The translations under genes and the position numbers were made by a program. Positions 15,875-25,384 of a stretch of 64,000 bases of DNA are shown here, piece after piece. The notes below the pieces were generated by a model. It was not told the origin of the DNA and did not search any database. It saw only the letters and a list, made by a program, of their open reading frames with translations. Source of the DNA: Candidatus Omnitrophota bacterium (GTDB lineage: Bacteria > Omnitrophota > Gorgyraeia > Gorgyraeales > Gorgyraeaceae); assembly GCA_018824145.1 (NCBI GenBank), contig JAHJHC010000090.1, positions 349 through 64,348 on the forward strand, in the 5' to 3' direction. How positions within the stretch are numbered: the stretch's first letter is position 1; each line of letters begins with the position of its first letter.

Positions 15875-17143
15875 CTATTTCTCGTTATATAAAATTATTC
15901 CCTTTAAAACATCTACGGCGCTCAGGATCTGATTGTCGTATTTTTTTGTCTCTGGCTTGGGCTTTTCCTTGTCTTTTTTGTCGTCTAAAAGTTCATCAAA
16001 TATATGCACTTCACTATCTTCTTCTTTTTTTTCTTCTTCTATTACAGTTTCTTTATATTCTACAATAATATCTGGAGTAACACCTTCTCCGTGGATAGAG
16101 CGACCTAGTGGGGTAAAATATTTACTGGTCGTAAGCCGCACTGCCGAACCGTCTGATAAGGGCACCACTGTCTGAACAGAACCTTTACCAAAGCTTTTCG
16201 TGCCTATTATAATGCCCCTTTTGTGGTCCTGGATAGCACCCGCTACAATCTCAGAAGCAGACGCGCTACCGCCATTTACCAAAATAACCATAGGGTACTC
16301 TAAATGCTTATTCTTAGATTTTGACTTAAATACAAAATTCTGTTTTTCAACTCGGCCTTTTGTCGAAACGATAATCTTCCCTTCTTCTAAAAACTTATCT
16401 GCTGTCACCACTGAGGCATCAAGAAGCCCACCCGGGTTATTTCTAAGATCCAGGATAAGCCCTTTCATGTCTTTACTCTCCAAGTCCCTTAGGCCTTCTT
16501 CCAACTGCCTACTAGTCTTCTCTTGGAACTCTACTAATCTAATATAACCAATGCCTGATTCAATAATCTCTGCGGTCTTGATGCTCTCCAGATTTATTAT
16601 CGCCCTTTTGATCGTAAAATCCAAAAGCCTCTTTTCAGACTCCCTAAGCACTGTTACATTTACCGACGTCCCTGGCTTACCTCGTAATTTCTTAACCGCT
16701 TCAATGAGGGTAAGATCTTTTGTGATCTCACCCTCAATTTTAACAATCTTATCTCCGGCCTTAAGCCCTACATTATAGGCAGGCGTATCATCTATCGGAG
16801 TTATTATAGTAAGTAAATTATCTTTTATAGTGATCTCTATGCCTATGCCTCCGAATTCACCTTCGGTCTCTATCCTCATTTCGCTGTAAGTATCAGGGTC
16901 CATAAACTGACTGTATGGGTCAAGGGACGAAAGCATGCCTTTCAACGCACCGTATATAAGGTCTTTTGATTTTGCATCTTCGACATAATCTGACCGTATA
17001 ATACTCACAGCATCTGAAAACAATTCAAGTTCTTTGTATAAATTATCCGAGGACACAGTCTTTTCAGCAAAACCAATATTGGAAATAAGAAAACCCGTTA
17101 CAAGCCCGGCTAAAAGTATAAGTATAGTGATTTTTCTATTCAT
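15875..17143 (-). CDS. ctpA: carboxyl-terminal processing protease (peptidase S41 with PDZ domain)
   Basis: 422 aa. Signal/anchor. PDZ (GLKAGDKIVKIEG). S41 catalytic region VILVNGGSASASEIVAGAIQDHKRGIIIGTKSFGKGSVQ. Confidence 0.9.
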   Translation of the reverse strand: MNRKITILILLAGLVTGFLISNIGFAEKTVSSDNLYKELELFSDAVSIIRSDYVEDAKSKDLIYGALKGMLSSLDPYSQFMDPDTYSEMRIETEGEFGGIGIEITIKDNLLTIITPIDDTPAYNVGLKAGDKIVKIEGEITKDLTLIEAVKKLRGKPGTSVNVTVLRESEKRLLDFTIKRAIINLESIKTAEIIESGIGYIRLVEFQEKTSRQLEEGLRDLESKDMKGLILDLRNNPGGLLDASVVTADKFLEEGKIIVSTKGRVEKQNFVFKSKSKNKHLEYPMVILVNGGSASASEIVAGAIQDHKRGIIIGTKSFGKGSVQTVVPLSDGSAVRLTTSKYFTPLGRSIHGEGVTPDIIVEYKETVIEEEKKEEDSEVHIFDELLDDKKDKEKPKPETKKYDNQILSAVDVLKGIILYNEK

Positions 17144-17157
17144 ATATCTCCCTTTCT

Positions 17158-18576
17158 TTAAATTTTTTTCCTTAACATCTCGTTTACCTTCTTAGGATTG
17201 GCCTTGCCCTTTGTCTTAGCCATAACTTTTCCGACCAGAAACATAATTGCGTTTTCCTTACCGCTCTTTAAATCACCTACTGATTTCGGATTCTCCAAGA
17301 TAACCTCTTTAACTATATTCTCTATCTCTCCTTCGTCGGATATCTGTTCCAAACCCTTCTCTTTTACTAAGGCACAGGGATCCTTTTTAGTCTGAATCAT
17401 GTCTATCAAGAGAGACTTGGCAATCTTACCGCTTATGAGGCCACTATCTATCATTTTAAGCATACCCACAAAATGCTCTGTTTTCAAGTCCAGATCATTT
17501 ATTGTCAGATCATGCTCTTTAATATAGGCGGAGATATCTCCCATGAGCCAGTTCGCAATTTCCTTCGGTTTTTTATATATTGAAACGCATTTTTCAAAAT
17601 ACAACGCCATATTTTTATCCCCCACAATGCACCGAGCGTCATAATCAGAAATGCTATACTCTGCCATTAATCTTTTCTTCAGGGCTAGAGGTAGTTCCGG
17701 CATCCGATTTTCAATATCCTTCAAAAAGGCATCTTCAAAATTAAACGGTACCAGATCCGGTTCCGGAAAATATCTATAATCATGGGCCTCTTCTTTAGAC
17801 CTCATTGATTCTGTAATGCCGCTATCAGCATCATAAAGCCTTGTCTCCTGCACTATCCTCTCGCCCTTTTCAAGCGACTCAATCTGTCTTTTCTCTTCAT
17901 ATTCCAAGGCAGTCTTAACGGCCCTGAATGAATTCATATTCTTTATCTCTGTCTTGACACCAAGTTCTTTAGAACCTGCTTTTCTTATGGAGATATTTGC
18001 GTCGCACCTAAGGCTACCTTCTTCCATGTTACAATCAGATACATCTATATATTCCAGTACGGATTTAAGGGATCTAAGATACATGTATGCCTCATCAGGG
18101 GAATTTATATCAGGCTCACTTACAATCTCTAATAATGGGATACCACAACGATTAAAATCTATAAGGCTATAAGAACTCTGATGAAATAGCTTACCTGTAT
18201 CCTCTTCTAAATGAACCCTTGTTATCTTTATACGCTTTTCTTTTCCGTCTACTAATACGGGAAGGCATCCGTGCTGAGACAAGGGCTGGCTATATTGAGA
18301 GATCTGATATGCCTTAGGTAGATCCGGATAGTAATAATTTTTCCTATCGAATCTTATCAACTTGGCGATCTGACAATTCAAACTAATGGCAACTTTAGCA
18401 GCAAGAATAAGGGCCTGCCTATTCAATACAGGTAATGAGCCTGGAAATCCTAGGCATACTGGGCAGACCTGGGTATTAGGCGGCGCGCCAAAATCCGTAG
18501 AGCAACCACAAAAAGCCTTGCTCTCTGTCTTAAGCTGCAGGTGTACCTCTAAACCAATAACAGTTTCGTAAGTCAT
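17158..18576 (-). CDS. gatB: Asp-tRNA(Asn)/Glu-tRNA(Gln) amidotransferase subunit B
   Basis: 472 aa. MTYETVIGLEVHLQLKTESKAFCGC N-terminus, GatB/YqeY C-terminal domain. Confidence 0.95.
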   Translation of the reverse strand: MTYETVIGLEVHLQLKTESKAFCGCSTDFGAPPNTQVCPVCLGFPGSLPVLNRQALILAAKVAISLNCQIAKLIRFDRKNYYYPDLPKAYQISQYSQPLSQHGCLPVLVDGKEKRIKITRVHLEEDTGKLFHQSSYSLIDFNRCGIPLLEIVSEPDINSPDEAYMYLRSLKSVLEYIDVSDCNMEEGSLRCDANISIRKAGSKELGVKTEIKNMNSFRAVKTALEYEEKRQIESLEKGERIVQETRLYDADSGITESMRSKEEAHDYRYFPEPDLVPFNFEDAFLKDIENRMPELPLALKKRLMAEYSISDYDARCIVGDKNMALYFEKCVSIYKKPKEIANWLMGDISAYIKEHDLTINDLDLKTEHFVGMLKMIDSGLISGKIAKSLLIDMIQTKKDPCALVKEKGLEQISDEGEIENIVKEVILENPKSVGDLKSGKENAIMFLVGKVMAKTKGKANPKKVNEMLRKKI

Positions 18577-20024
18577 ATCTTCGGCCTTTTCTTATGCCAA
18601 TCCGTATTCTGTTCGTAATTATATGCTATCCTTAAAATAGTCTCTTCGTCAAAGGGGCTACCGAGTATCTGAAGACCTATAGGCAAATTATCTCTTGTAA
18701 ATCCGCAAGGGACCGATACGCCGGGTATACCTGCTAAATTCGCAGAGATCGTGAAAATATCAGAAAGATACATTGTAAGAGGATCTTGTGTCTTTTCTCC
18801 GATTCTAAACGCAGGCGTGGGAGAGGTAGGCGTAATTATAGCATCGAATTCCTTAAAGGCATCTTCAAAATCTCTCTTTATTAATGTCCTCACTTTTAAT
18901 GCCCTTAAATAATATGCGTCATAATACCCGCTGGATAAGGCAAATGTCCCAAGAATAATCCTTCGCTTTGCCTCATCACCAAAACCTATTTGCCTTGTTT
19001 TCTTATACATGTCTATAAAAGACTTTGCTTGTTTCGACCTGAGGCCATATTGCACGCCGTCAAACCTTGCTAAATTAGAACTTGCCTCTGCTGTAGCGAC
19101 TAAATAATATACGCTTACCGCAAATTCTGTATGCGGCAAGTCCATATCTTCACACACGCATCCCATGTCTTCAATTCTTTTTATTGCCTCCCGCATAGAA
19201 TCTTTGACTTCTGCGTCAAGGCCTTCGATAAAATACTGCCTCGGAATCCCTATCTTTAGAGCTTTAACGTCTCTTTTTATTAGAGACGGGTAATCAGGGA
19301 CAGGTTTATTTACGGATGTAGAATCCATACTATCATGTCCTGATATCACTTTTAATAAAAGCGCGGCATCTTCAACATCCTTTGTAACCGGCCCGATCTG
19401 GTCAAGTGACGATGCAAACGCTATAAGGCCATATCGGGAAACCCTACCGTATGTCGGCTTCAATCCCACGACCCCGCATAGTGAAGCAGGCTGTCTTATA
19501 GAGCCGCCTGTATCTGAACCCAATGCAAAGATTGCCTCATCTGCTGCCACGCAAGCAGCCGCTCCTCCGCTAGACCCACCTGGTATCCTCTCTAAATCCC
19601 ACGGATTCCTGGTGGTTCCATAACAGGACGTTTCTGTAGAAGAACCAAATGCAAATTCATCCATGTTAGTCTTACCCATCAATACTGCGCCATTCTGGCT
19701 TAACTTATCTATAACTGTAGCATTATACGGAGGGCAAAATCCATCGAGGATCTTTGAAGAACAGGTAGTAAGCTCGTCTCTTACACATATGTTGTCTTTT
19801 ATAAAAATAGGTATTCCCCAAAGTGCTTTTGTGCCGTCTTTTTTAGCAAGGGCATTAACCCTTTCAAACACCTTGTTCTCATCAAAATGGACCAATGCAT
19901 TCAGCTTTGCATCTTTATTCTTTATAGCATCCAACACTCCCTTGCATATATCTATAGGAGATATATCTCCTATATTAAGAAGTGCTATTAGCTCATGTGC
20001 TGTAAGGGTGTTTAATTCTCTCAT
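18573..20024 (-). CDS. gatA: Glu-tRNA(Gln) amidotransferase subunit A (amidase signature family)
   Basis: 483 aa. GGSSGGAAACVAADEA amidase signature. Overlaps gatB start by 4 nt. Confidence 0.95.
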   Translation of the reverse strand: MRELNTLTAHELIALLNIGDISPIDICKGVLDAIKNKDAKLNALVHFDENKVFERVNALAKKDGTKALWGIPIFIKDNICVRDELTTCSSKILDGFCPPYNATVIDKLSQNGAVLMGKTNMDEFAFGSSTETSCYGTTRNPWDLERIPGGSSGGAAACVAADEAIFALGSDTGGSIRQPASLCGVVGLKPTYGRVSRYGLIAFASSLDQIGPVTKDVEDAALLLKVISGHDSMDSTSVNKPVPDYPSLIKRDVKALKIGIPRQYFIEGLDAEVKDSMREAIKRIEDMGCVCEDMDLPHTEFAVSVYYLVATAEASSNLARFDGVQYGLRSKQAKSFIDMYKKTRQIGFGDEAKRRIILGTFALSSGYYDAYYLRALKVRTLIKRDFEDAFKEFDAIITPTSPTPAFRIGEKTQDPLTMYLSDIFTISANLAGIPGVSVPCGFTRDNLPIGLQILGSPFDEETILRIAYNYEQNTDWHKKRPKI

Positions 20025-20026
20025 CT

Positions 20027-20311
20027 TTACACAATCTTCTGTACCTTGAATAAATCCTTTTCTTTAGCCGGGGCATTCTTCATGACCTCTGACGGAGGCA
20101 AAGATTGCTTTACCTTATCTTCCCGGTAGATGTTTTTCATTTCCAGGACATGGCTGGTAGGTTCAAGCCGCGCGACATCCAGTGTCTTCAACTTGTGGAC
20201 ATAGTCTAATATACGATCCAGCTGCCCCGTGAAATGGGACAACTCTTTTTCAGTCAACTCTATCCTTGCAAGGTTCGCCACATATTTAACAGTATCTTTC
20301 GTTATCGCCAT
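20027..20311 (-). CDS. gatC: Glu-tRNA(Gln) amidotransferase subunit C
   Basis: 94 aa. MAITKDTVKYVANLARIELTEKE. RBS AGGTGAGGG upstream. Position immediately before gatA. Confidence 0.9.
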   Translation of the reverse strand: MAITKDTVKYVANLARIELTEKELSHFTGQLDRILDYVHKLKTLDVARLEPTSHVLEMKNIYREDKVKQSLPPSEVMKNAPAKEKDLFKVQKIV

Positions 20312-20347
20312 GAGTTAGCCCTCACCTTCGCTTCGGGAACTTATCTT

Positions 20348-20412
20348 GATCCTGGATGATAGATACTGGGTGCTAGTATTATTACAAGCATCTAGTATCT
20401 AGGATGCAGCAT
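20348..20412 (-). repeat. REP-like dispersed palindromic repeat, copy A (core ttacaagcatctagtatctaggatgcagcatc)
   Basis: Shares core TACAAGyATCyAGyATC..TATCTAGgATC with copies at about 47780-47862 and 51311-51357. Internal tagatact/agtatcta inverted repeat. Confidence 0.6.
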
Positions 20413-20461
20413 CAAATTTTGAATTTTCATACAATAAATTATCCCTCGACTTCGCTCGGGA

Positions 20462-20812
20462 CTAAGAATTTTTCTCCGCAATATCTCCAGCTATAGGCAA
20501 TTTAAAATACTCGCCCTGATAGGCCTTTACCATCAAAAGCACCCATAAAACGATGCTTAGTAAAGACAATAAAGTGCTTACCAGTACCCCTAATATAGGT
20601 ACTATAAGTAAAACAAGATTGATTACGAATAAACCTCCGAATACAACCATGGACTGCATTGCGTGAAATCTAACGAAGTGATTCTTTTTCTCAACAAGAT
20701 AGAATACCAGTCCTGTTATAAAACCCAGGAAATAACATAAAAGACCTGCTAAATTCGGCTGCATGCCTATCGAAGTCTCACCCAGATTTTTGTTTCCCTC
20801 TACCTCTGCCAT
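20462..20812 (-). CDS. DUF4870-like small membrane protein
   Basis: 116 aa. Three or four TM segments with conserved FHAMQS motif. Confidence 0.55.
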   Translation of the reverse strand: MAEVEGNKNLGETSIGMQPNLAGLLCYFLGFITGLVFYLVEKKNHFVRFHAMQSMVVFGGLFVINLVLLIVPILGVLVSTLLSLLSIVLWVLLMVKAYQGEYFKLPIAGDIAEKNS

Positions 20813-20828
20813 GATTCCCTCCCTTTTT

Positions 20829-20896
20829 TAGCGTAGAGCGTTTAGCGGGTAGCGGATAGTTTTATTTTTCCTATACGCTATGCGCTAAACGCTATT
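20829..20896 (-). terminator. long imperfect hairpin between rsmA stop and the downstream membrane-protein gene
   Basis: tagcgtagagcgtttagcgggtagcggata ... tatacgctatgcgctaaacgctatta form an about 22-bp imperfect stem with a U-rich loop (gttttatttttcc). The right arm overlaps the rsmA stop. Confidence 0.35.
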
Positions 20897-21715
20897 AGTT
20901 AGCTTCACAAACTCCTCCAAAGATACTGTCTCTGGTCTGCGTTCCGGAGCAATCCCGGCAATTTCAAGTTTCTCCAAGACCTCTTCTTTGGATGCAAATT
21001 CATTGCTCGAATATAGAGAATTCAATATCTTCTTTCTTCTCTTCCCAAAACAAGCTCTTATTATTTTAAACAGTTTTTCTTCGTCAGTCAAGTAAAGACC
21101 ATCATTATATATATCTATTCTCAAAAAACACGAATCCACCTTAGGGACAGGATAAAAGGATGACCTTTCAATCGTAAATAAAAAAGACGGCTTTGAATAA
21201 AACTGGACAAAGCAAGTAATGGCGCCGTAGGCTTTAGAGCTTGCCCGAGCTACCAACCTTTCTGCAAATTCCTTCTGAACAGTAATAAATATAGTGTCTA
21301 CACAGCGCCTCTCGGTCAAAAGGCGTATCAAGATAGGGCTAGATATATAATAAGGCAGATTCCCAACAACCTTTAATTTTCGACTCTCCCTACAATCAAA
21401 TCTATGCTTAAGTATATCCCCATGTATTAACTCTAGATTGCCTGGGTCATCCATGCTTCTCTTTTTCAAAAGAAAGTCATATAGCCGCCTATCTTTCTCT
21501 ATAGCGATTACCCTCTTTGCGCGCTTGGTCAATTCTCCTGTAAGCGCGCCCAGTCCAGGACCTATCTCAATTACAGTATCACCCTTACTTATACCTAACG
21601 CATCCACTATCTTTTCTTGTATTTTTCGATTTACAAGAAAATTCTGACCAAGTCGCTTACGAATCCTGATGTCATTTTCCTTAAGAGCAGATTTTATCTG
21701 ATTTCTAGTCAACAT
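20885..21715 (-). CDS. rsmA: 16S rRNA (adenine1518/1519-N6)-dimethyltransferase
   Basis: 276 aa. RLGQNFLVNRKIQEKIVDAL...VIEIGPGLGALT SAM-binding motif. Confidence 0.92.
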   Translation of the reverse strand: MLTRNQIKSALKENDIRIRKRLGQNFLVNRKIQEKIVDALGISKGDTVIEIGPGLGALTGELTKRAKRVIAIEKDRRLYDFLLKKRSMDDPGNLELIHGDILKHRFDCRESRKLKVVGNLPYYISSPILIRLLTERRCVDTIFITVQKEFAERLVARASSKAYGAITCFVQFYSKPSFLFTIERSSFYPVPKVDSCFLRIDIYNDGLYLTDEEKLFKIIRACFGKRRKKILNSLYSSNEFASKEEVLEKLEIAGIAPERRPETVSLEEFVKLTNSV

Positions 21716-22545
21716 TTATTAGTGCGGCACATAGAAACAGCAAGTCTTATTGCCTCTTTCATAGAGTTGGGATTAGCCTTTCCTTTACCGGCGATATCAT
21801 ATGCAGTACCGTGGTCAGGAGAAGTGCGCACAAAAGGAAGGCCGAGGCTGACATTGACACCTTTGTCAAATGCCACCATCTTAAAGGGGCCTAAACCCTG
21901 GTCATGATACATTGAGATAACAGCATCAAGCTTCCTGTGATAAGACATATAAAAAATCACATCAGTGGATATAGGGCCTTGGATACCTTTGACTTTGGAA
22001 CGTATTTTTTCAATGGCTGGTATTATGATATTTTTCTCTTCAGTCCCGATAAGACCACTCTCTCCGCAATGTGGATTCAGTCCGCAAATACCTATCTTGG
22101 GCCTGGGAATCTTAAAATATCTCTTTAACGCCCTATCGGTCAATATTATCGCGTCCTTTATATTTTCCTGTGTAATAACTCGCGGGACATCTCTTAAAGC
22201 TACGTGGCGGGTAACAATAGTGACTTTAAAAGGCCCCCCGCAAAACATCATTACTATCTTTTTCGTATGCGTAATACTAGCCAGGTATTCGGTATGGCCC
22301 TTAAAAGGTATGCCTGATCTATTTATCGCAGCCTTATTTACCGGCGCTGTAACAAGCCCTTGAGCCTCGCCTTTTTTTAAAATTAAAGCTGCCTTTTCTA
22401 TAGCACAAAAACCTGTATTATCACTGGGTTCTATCAAACAAAAATCCGCAAGACGCTTAATACCAGGATCTCTTAATGCCTTTTTTGTAACCTCAAGCCC
22501 TATACCTCTCGGATCCCCTGTTGTAATAATGATGCGAGGTTTCAT
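21709..22545 (-). CDS. pdxA: 4-hydroxythreonine-4-phosphate dehydrogenase PdxA family
   Basis: 278 aa. ITTGDPRGIG N-terminus, GLNPHCGE, YHDQGLGPFK, SPDHGTAYDIAGKG motifs. Conserved surA-pdxA-rsmA synteny. Confidence 0.85.
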   Translation of the reverse strand: MKPRIIITTGDPRGIGLEVTKKALRDPGIKRLADFCLIEPSDNTGFCAIEKAALILKKGEAQGLVTAPVNKAAINRSGIPFKGHTEYLASITHTKKIVMMFCGGPFKVTIVTRHVALRDVPRVITQENIKDAIILTDRALKRYFKIPRPKIGICGLNPHCGESGLIGTEEKNIIIPAIEKIRSKVKGIQGPISTDVIFYMSYHRKLDAVISMYHDQGLGPFKMVAFDKGVNVSLGLPFVRTSPDHGTAYDIAGKGKANPNSMKEAIRLAVSMCRTNKC

Positions 22546-23492
22546 TTTATGGAAATATACGCCTTGGATCTCAACTCACCTAACCATTCTTCCAGCTTTT
22601 CTTTGATTTTTTTCTGAAAAAGCATCTTTTTTATATCTTCCTGGGCTTCTTCAAGAGTAAGGTATCCGAAATTCTGAATATCCTCTACTTTCAATATATG
22701 ATAACCGATAGAGCTTTTTATGGGATCTGAAAATTCTCCCGGTTCTAACCTGCTCATAGCATCATCGATCTCATCGATCATCTCGCCTCTCTCAATATAT
22801 CCCATGTCTCCACCTTGTTCTTTGTTCGGGCCCTCGGAATACTGCGCGGCAAGTTCAGCAAAATCACGTCCGTCTTGCAGTTTATTGCAAATATCCTCTA
22901 TTTCTACTTTTGCCAATTCAAGCTCCATATCATCACCTGCCTTTAAAAGGATGTGTCTTACCTTAAACTTTTCTCCTACCATGAACTCCCGTCTATTCAC
23001 CTGGTAATATCTCTTTATCTCTGACGGCAAGATGCTGATTTTCGACTTTATCTCTAAATCCACGACCTTTTTCATCATGATCTGATCCATGTATCTTTTC
23101 TTTAAATCCGCGATAGTGATACCTTGTGCCTCTAGTAGATCGTAAAACTCTTCTTCCGCAGGGAAGGTGCCTTTAACATATTCAAGCTTAGTGTTTATCT
23201 CATCTTCCCTGACCATTACATTCAATTCTCTGGCACGGCTAAGTATAAGCTTATCTTCTATTATCTGCTGCAGGATATTTTTCCTTACATCCTCCATTCT
23301 TCTCAATAATTCATCCCCTTTGTAGTCATGGACATATTGCGCGTATAAGACAGACAGCATTTGATCCACGTCTTGTTGCGTCACAACCTCTTCGTTTACA
23401 ACAGCGACAATCTTATTGATTACCTGGGCATAGGCATCTATAGGATGCATAATAAACAATATTAGAAATATTAGTTTTTTTAGATTTTTCAT
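22542..23492 (-). CDS. surA: SurA-like periplasmic peptidyl-prolyl isomerase (parvulin domain)
   Basis: Start placed at MKNLKKLIFLILFIMHPIDAYA signal peptide. Parvulin PPIase domain (FKVRHILLKAGDD...GDMGYIERGEMIDEID...IGYHILKV). Confidence 0.8.
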   Translation of the reverse strand: MKNLKKLIFLILFIMHPIDAYAQVINKIVAVVNEEVVTQQDVDQMLSVLYAQYVHDYKGDELLRRMEDVRKNILQQIIEDKLILSRARELNVMVREDEINTKLEYVKGTFPAEEEFYDLLEAQGITIADLKKRYMDQIMMKKVVDLEIKSKISILPSEIKRYYQVNRREFMVGEKFKVRHILLKAGDDMELELAKVEIEDICNKLQDGRDFAELAAQYSEGPNKEQGGDMGYIERGEMIDEIDDAMSRLEPGEFSDPIKSSIGYHILKVEDIQNFGYLTLEEAQEDIKKMLFQKKIKEKLEEWLGELRSKAYISIK

Positions 23493-23494
23493 GT

Positions 23495-25378
23495 TTAATT
23501 TTTGTTCAGGTCCGTCACGACTTCCCGTAACATCCTGCAATATAAATCAAAACCTATTGCCGATATATACCCATGCTGCTGCTGGCCAAGTATATTCCCT
23601 GCACCTCTTATCTCCAAATCCTCCATTGCAATCTTAAAACCAGACCCCAACTCTCTATAACGCTCTATTGCCCTCAATCTTCTCTCTGACTCTTTACTTA
23701 TTACTCGTCCTTTGGGAATCAAAAAGTAGGCATAGGCCTTGTTTTTAAACCTTCCTACCCTACCCTTAAGCTGATATAGATCCGCCAGCCCAAACATATC
23801 TGCGCGGTTTACTATCAGGGTATTGGCATTTGGTATATCTATCCCTGACTCTATTATAACCGTACAGACTAAAACATCAATATTACCTTTTATAAATTCT
23901 CCCATTACCTGTTCTAACTCTCTGGAGTACATCCTGCCATGTGCGACACCTATACTCACCTCAGGCACCATCTTTTCGAGCTGCAGGGCTATCTTTTCTA
24001 TGCCTTCAACCCTATTATGTAAAAAAAACACCTGCCCTCTTCTATTCTTTTCTTTAATGATGGCATCCTTTATAAGGCCTTTATTATACTCTGATACTAT
24101 CACATCTACAGGCAATCTATCCTGAGGAGGGGTCTCAATGATAGACATGTCTTTAATACCCATTAGAGACATGTATAATGTACGAGGAATAGGCGTAGCA
24201 GTAAGTGTCAAGACATCTACTAATAAGCGCATCTTCTTTAAGCTCTCTTTATCCTTCACGCCAAATCTCTGCTCTTCGTCTATAACAACCAGGCCAAGAT
24301 CTTTGAATTTTATATTTTTCCTTAAAATAGCATGGGTGCCTATTACTATATCCACAGTCCCCTTTTCGATCTCCTCCAAGAGTCTGTTTATCTCACCCCG
24401 TGTTCTAAACCGGCAAATCAACTCTATCCTTATAGGGAAATCCTGCATCCTCTCTTTAAACGTGATAAAGTGTTGCTCTGCAAGAAGCGTTGTCGGGACA
24501 AGCATTACCACCTGTTTATTATCCATAACTGCCTTAAAACCAGCCCTTAAAGCAACCTCTGTCTTTCCGTATCCCACGTCACCGCATAAAAGTCTATCCA
24601 TGGGCTTCTTTGACTCCATATCCAGTTTCACTTCTCTGCAAGAACGCATCTGATCAGGCGTCTCTTTATAAGGAAATCTTCTCTCAAATTGGATATGCCA
24701 ATCCGTATCCTTTGAAAAAGCAAACCCTTTCAATTTAGTGCGCATCGCATCCTGTTCCAGAAGCTCAAATGCCAGGGAATAAACATTTTTCTTTACCCTT
24801 TCCTTTGTATTTTTCCATGCCTTACCCCCAAGCTTATACAGTTTAGGAGGCCTCTTGTCAAAACCCACGTACCTCTGTATCAAATGCATTTCCTCTATCG
24901 GGACATACAATTTATCGCCGTCAGCATATTCTATAACAATATGATCGCTTTCATCACCCTTGAAATTTATATTTTTAAATCCCCTAAAAACACCTATGCC
25001 GTGATCAACATGGACTACGTAATCATTCAATTGTAAATCGATAAAGGTCTCTATCGGGGATTTCTCCCCTAAATGCAATCTTCTTTTTTTCGGATATAAC
25101 CCTATCTTTGGCAAAATAATAACCATGGTATGTTCTTCAATGGTTTCATTAGAGGCAATGCTGAAACTCCTTATCGACGCCACTTTATTCCCGGAAAGCT
25201 CGATCCTCACCGGGCCCTCAAAGGTAGGCGGAAATATGTCTATTATGCCGCCCCGCATACTGAAATCTCCTGGTTCGGATATATGCTTGCATCTCTCATA
25301 GCCATACTCGGTCAATGTCTTGGCAACAAAGTTATAATTTATATCTTTACCCTTATAAATCCTTATTGATTCAAACAT
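23495..25378 (-). CDS. mfd: transcription-repair coupling factor Mfd, compact form (627 aa)
   Basis: UvrB-homology motif GDFSMRGGIIDIFP, RNAP-interaction domain (YVVHVDHGIGVFRG), SF2 translocase motifs (CGDVGYGKTEVA, DEEQRFG, TATPIPRT, QLKGRVGR). Lacks the N-terminal and C-terminal domains found in E. coli Mfd. Confidence 0.85.
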   Translation of the reverse strand: MFESIRIYKGKDINYNFVAKTLTEYGYERCKHISEPGDFSMRGGIIDIFPPTFEGPVRIELSGNKVASIRSFSIASNETIEEHTMVIILPKIGLYPKKRRLHLGEKSPIETFIDLQLNDYVVHVDHGIGVFRGFKNINFKGDESDHIVIEYADGDKLYVPIEEMHLIQRYVGFDKRPPKLYKLGGKAWKNTKERVKKNVYSLAFELLEQDAMRTKLKGFAFSKDTDWHIQFERRFPYKETPDQMRSCREVKLDMESKKPMDRLLCGDVGYGKTEVALRAGFKAVMDNKQVVMLVPTTLLAEQHFITFKERMQDFPIRIELICRFRTRGEINRLLEEIEKGTVDIVIGTHAILRKNIKFKDLGLVVIDEEQRFGVKDKESLKKMRLLVDVLTLTATPIPRTLYMSLMGIKDMSIIETPPQDRLPVDVIVSEYNKGLIKDAIIKEKNRRGQVFFLHNRVEGIEKIALQLEKMVPEVSIGVAHGRMYSRELEQVMGEFIKGNIDVLVCTVIIESGIDIPNANTLIVNRADMFGLADLYQLKGRVGRFKNKAYAYFLIPKGRVISKESERRLRAIERYRELGSGFKIAMEDLEIRGAGNILGQQQHGYISAIGFDLYCRMLREVVTDLNKN

Positions 25379-25384
25379 ACTGGT

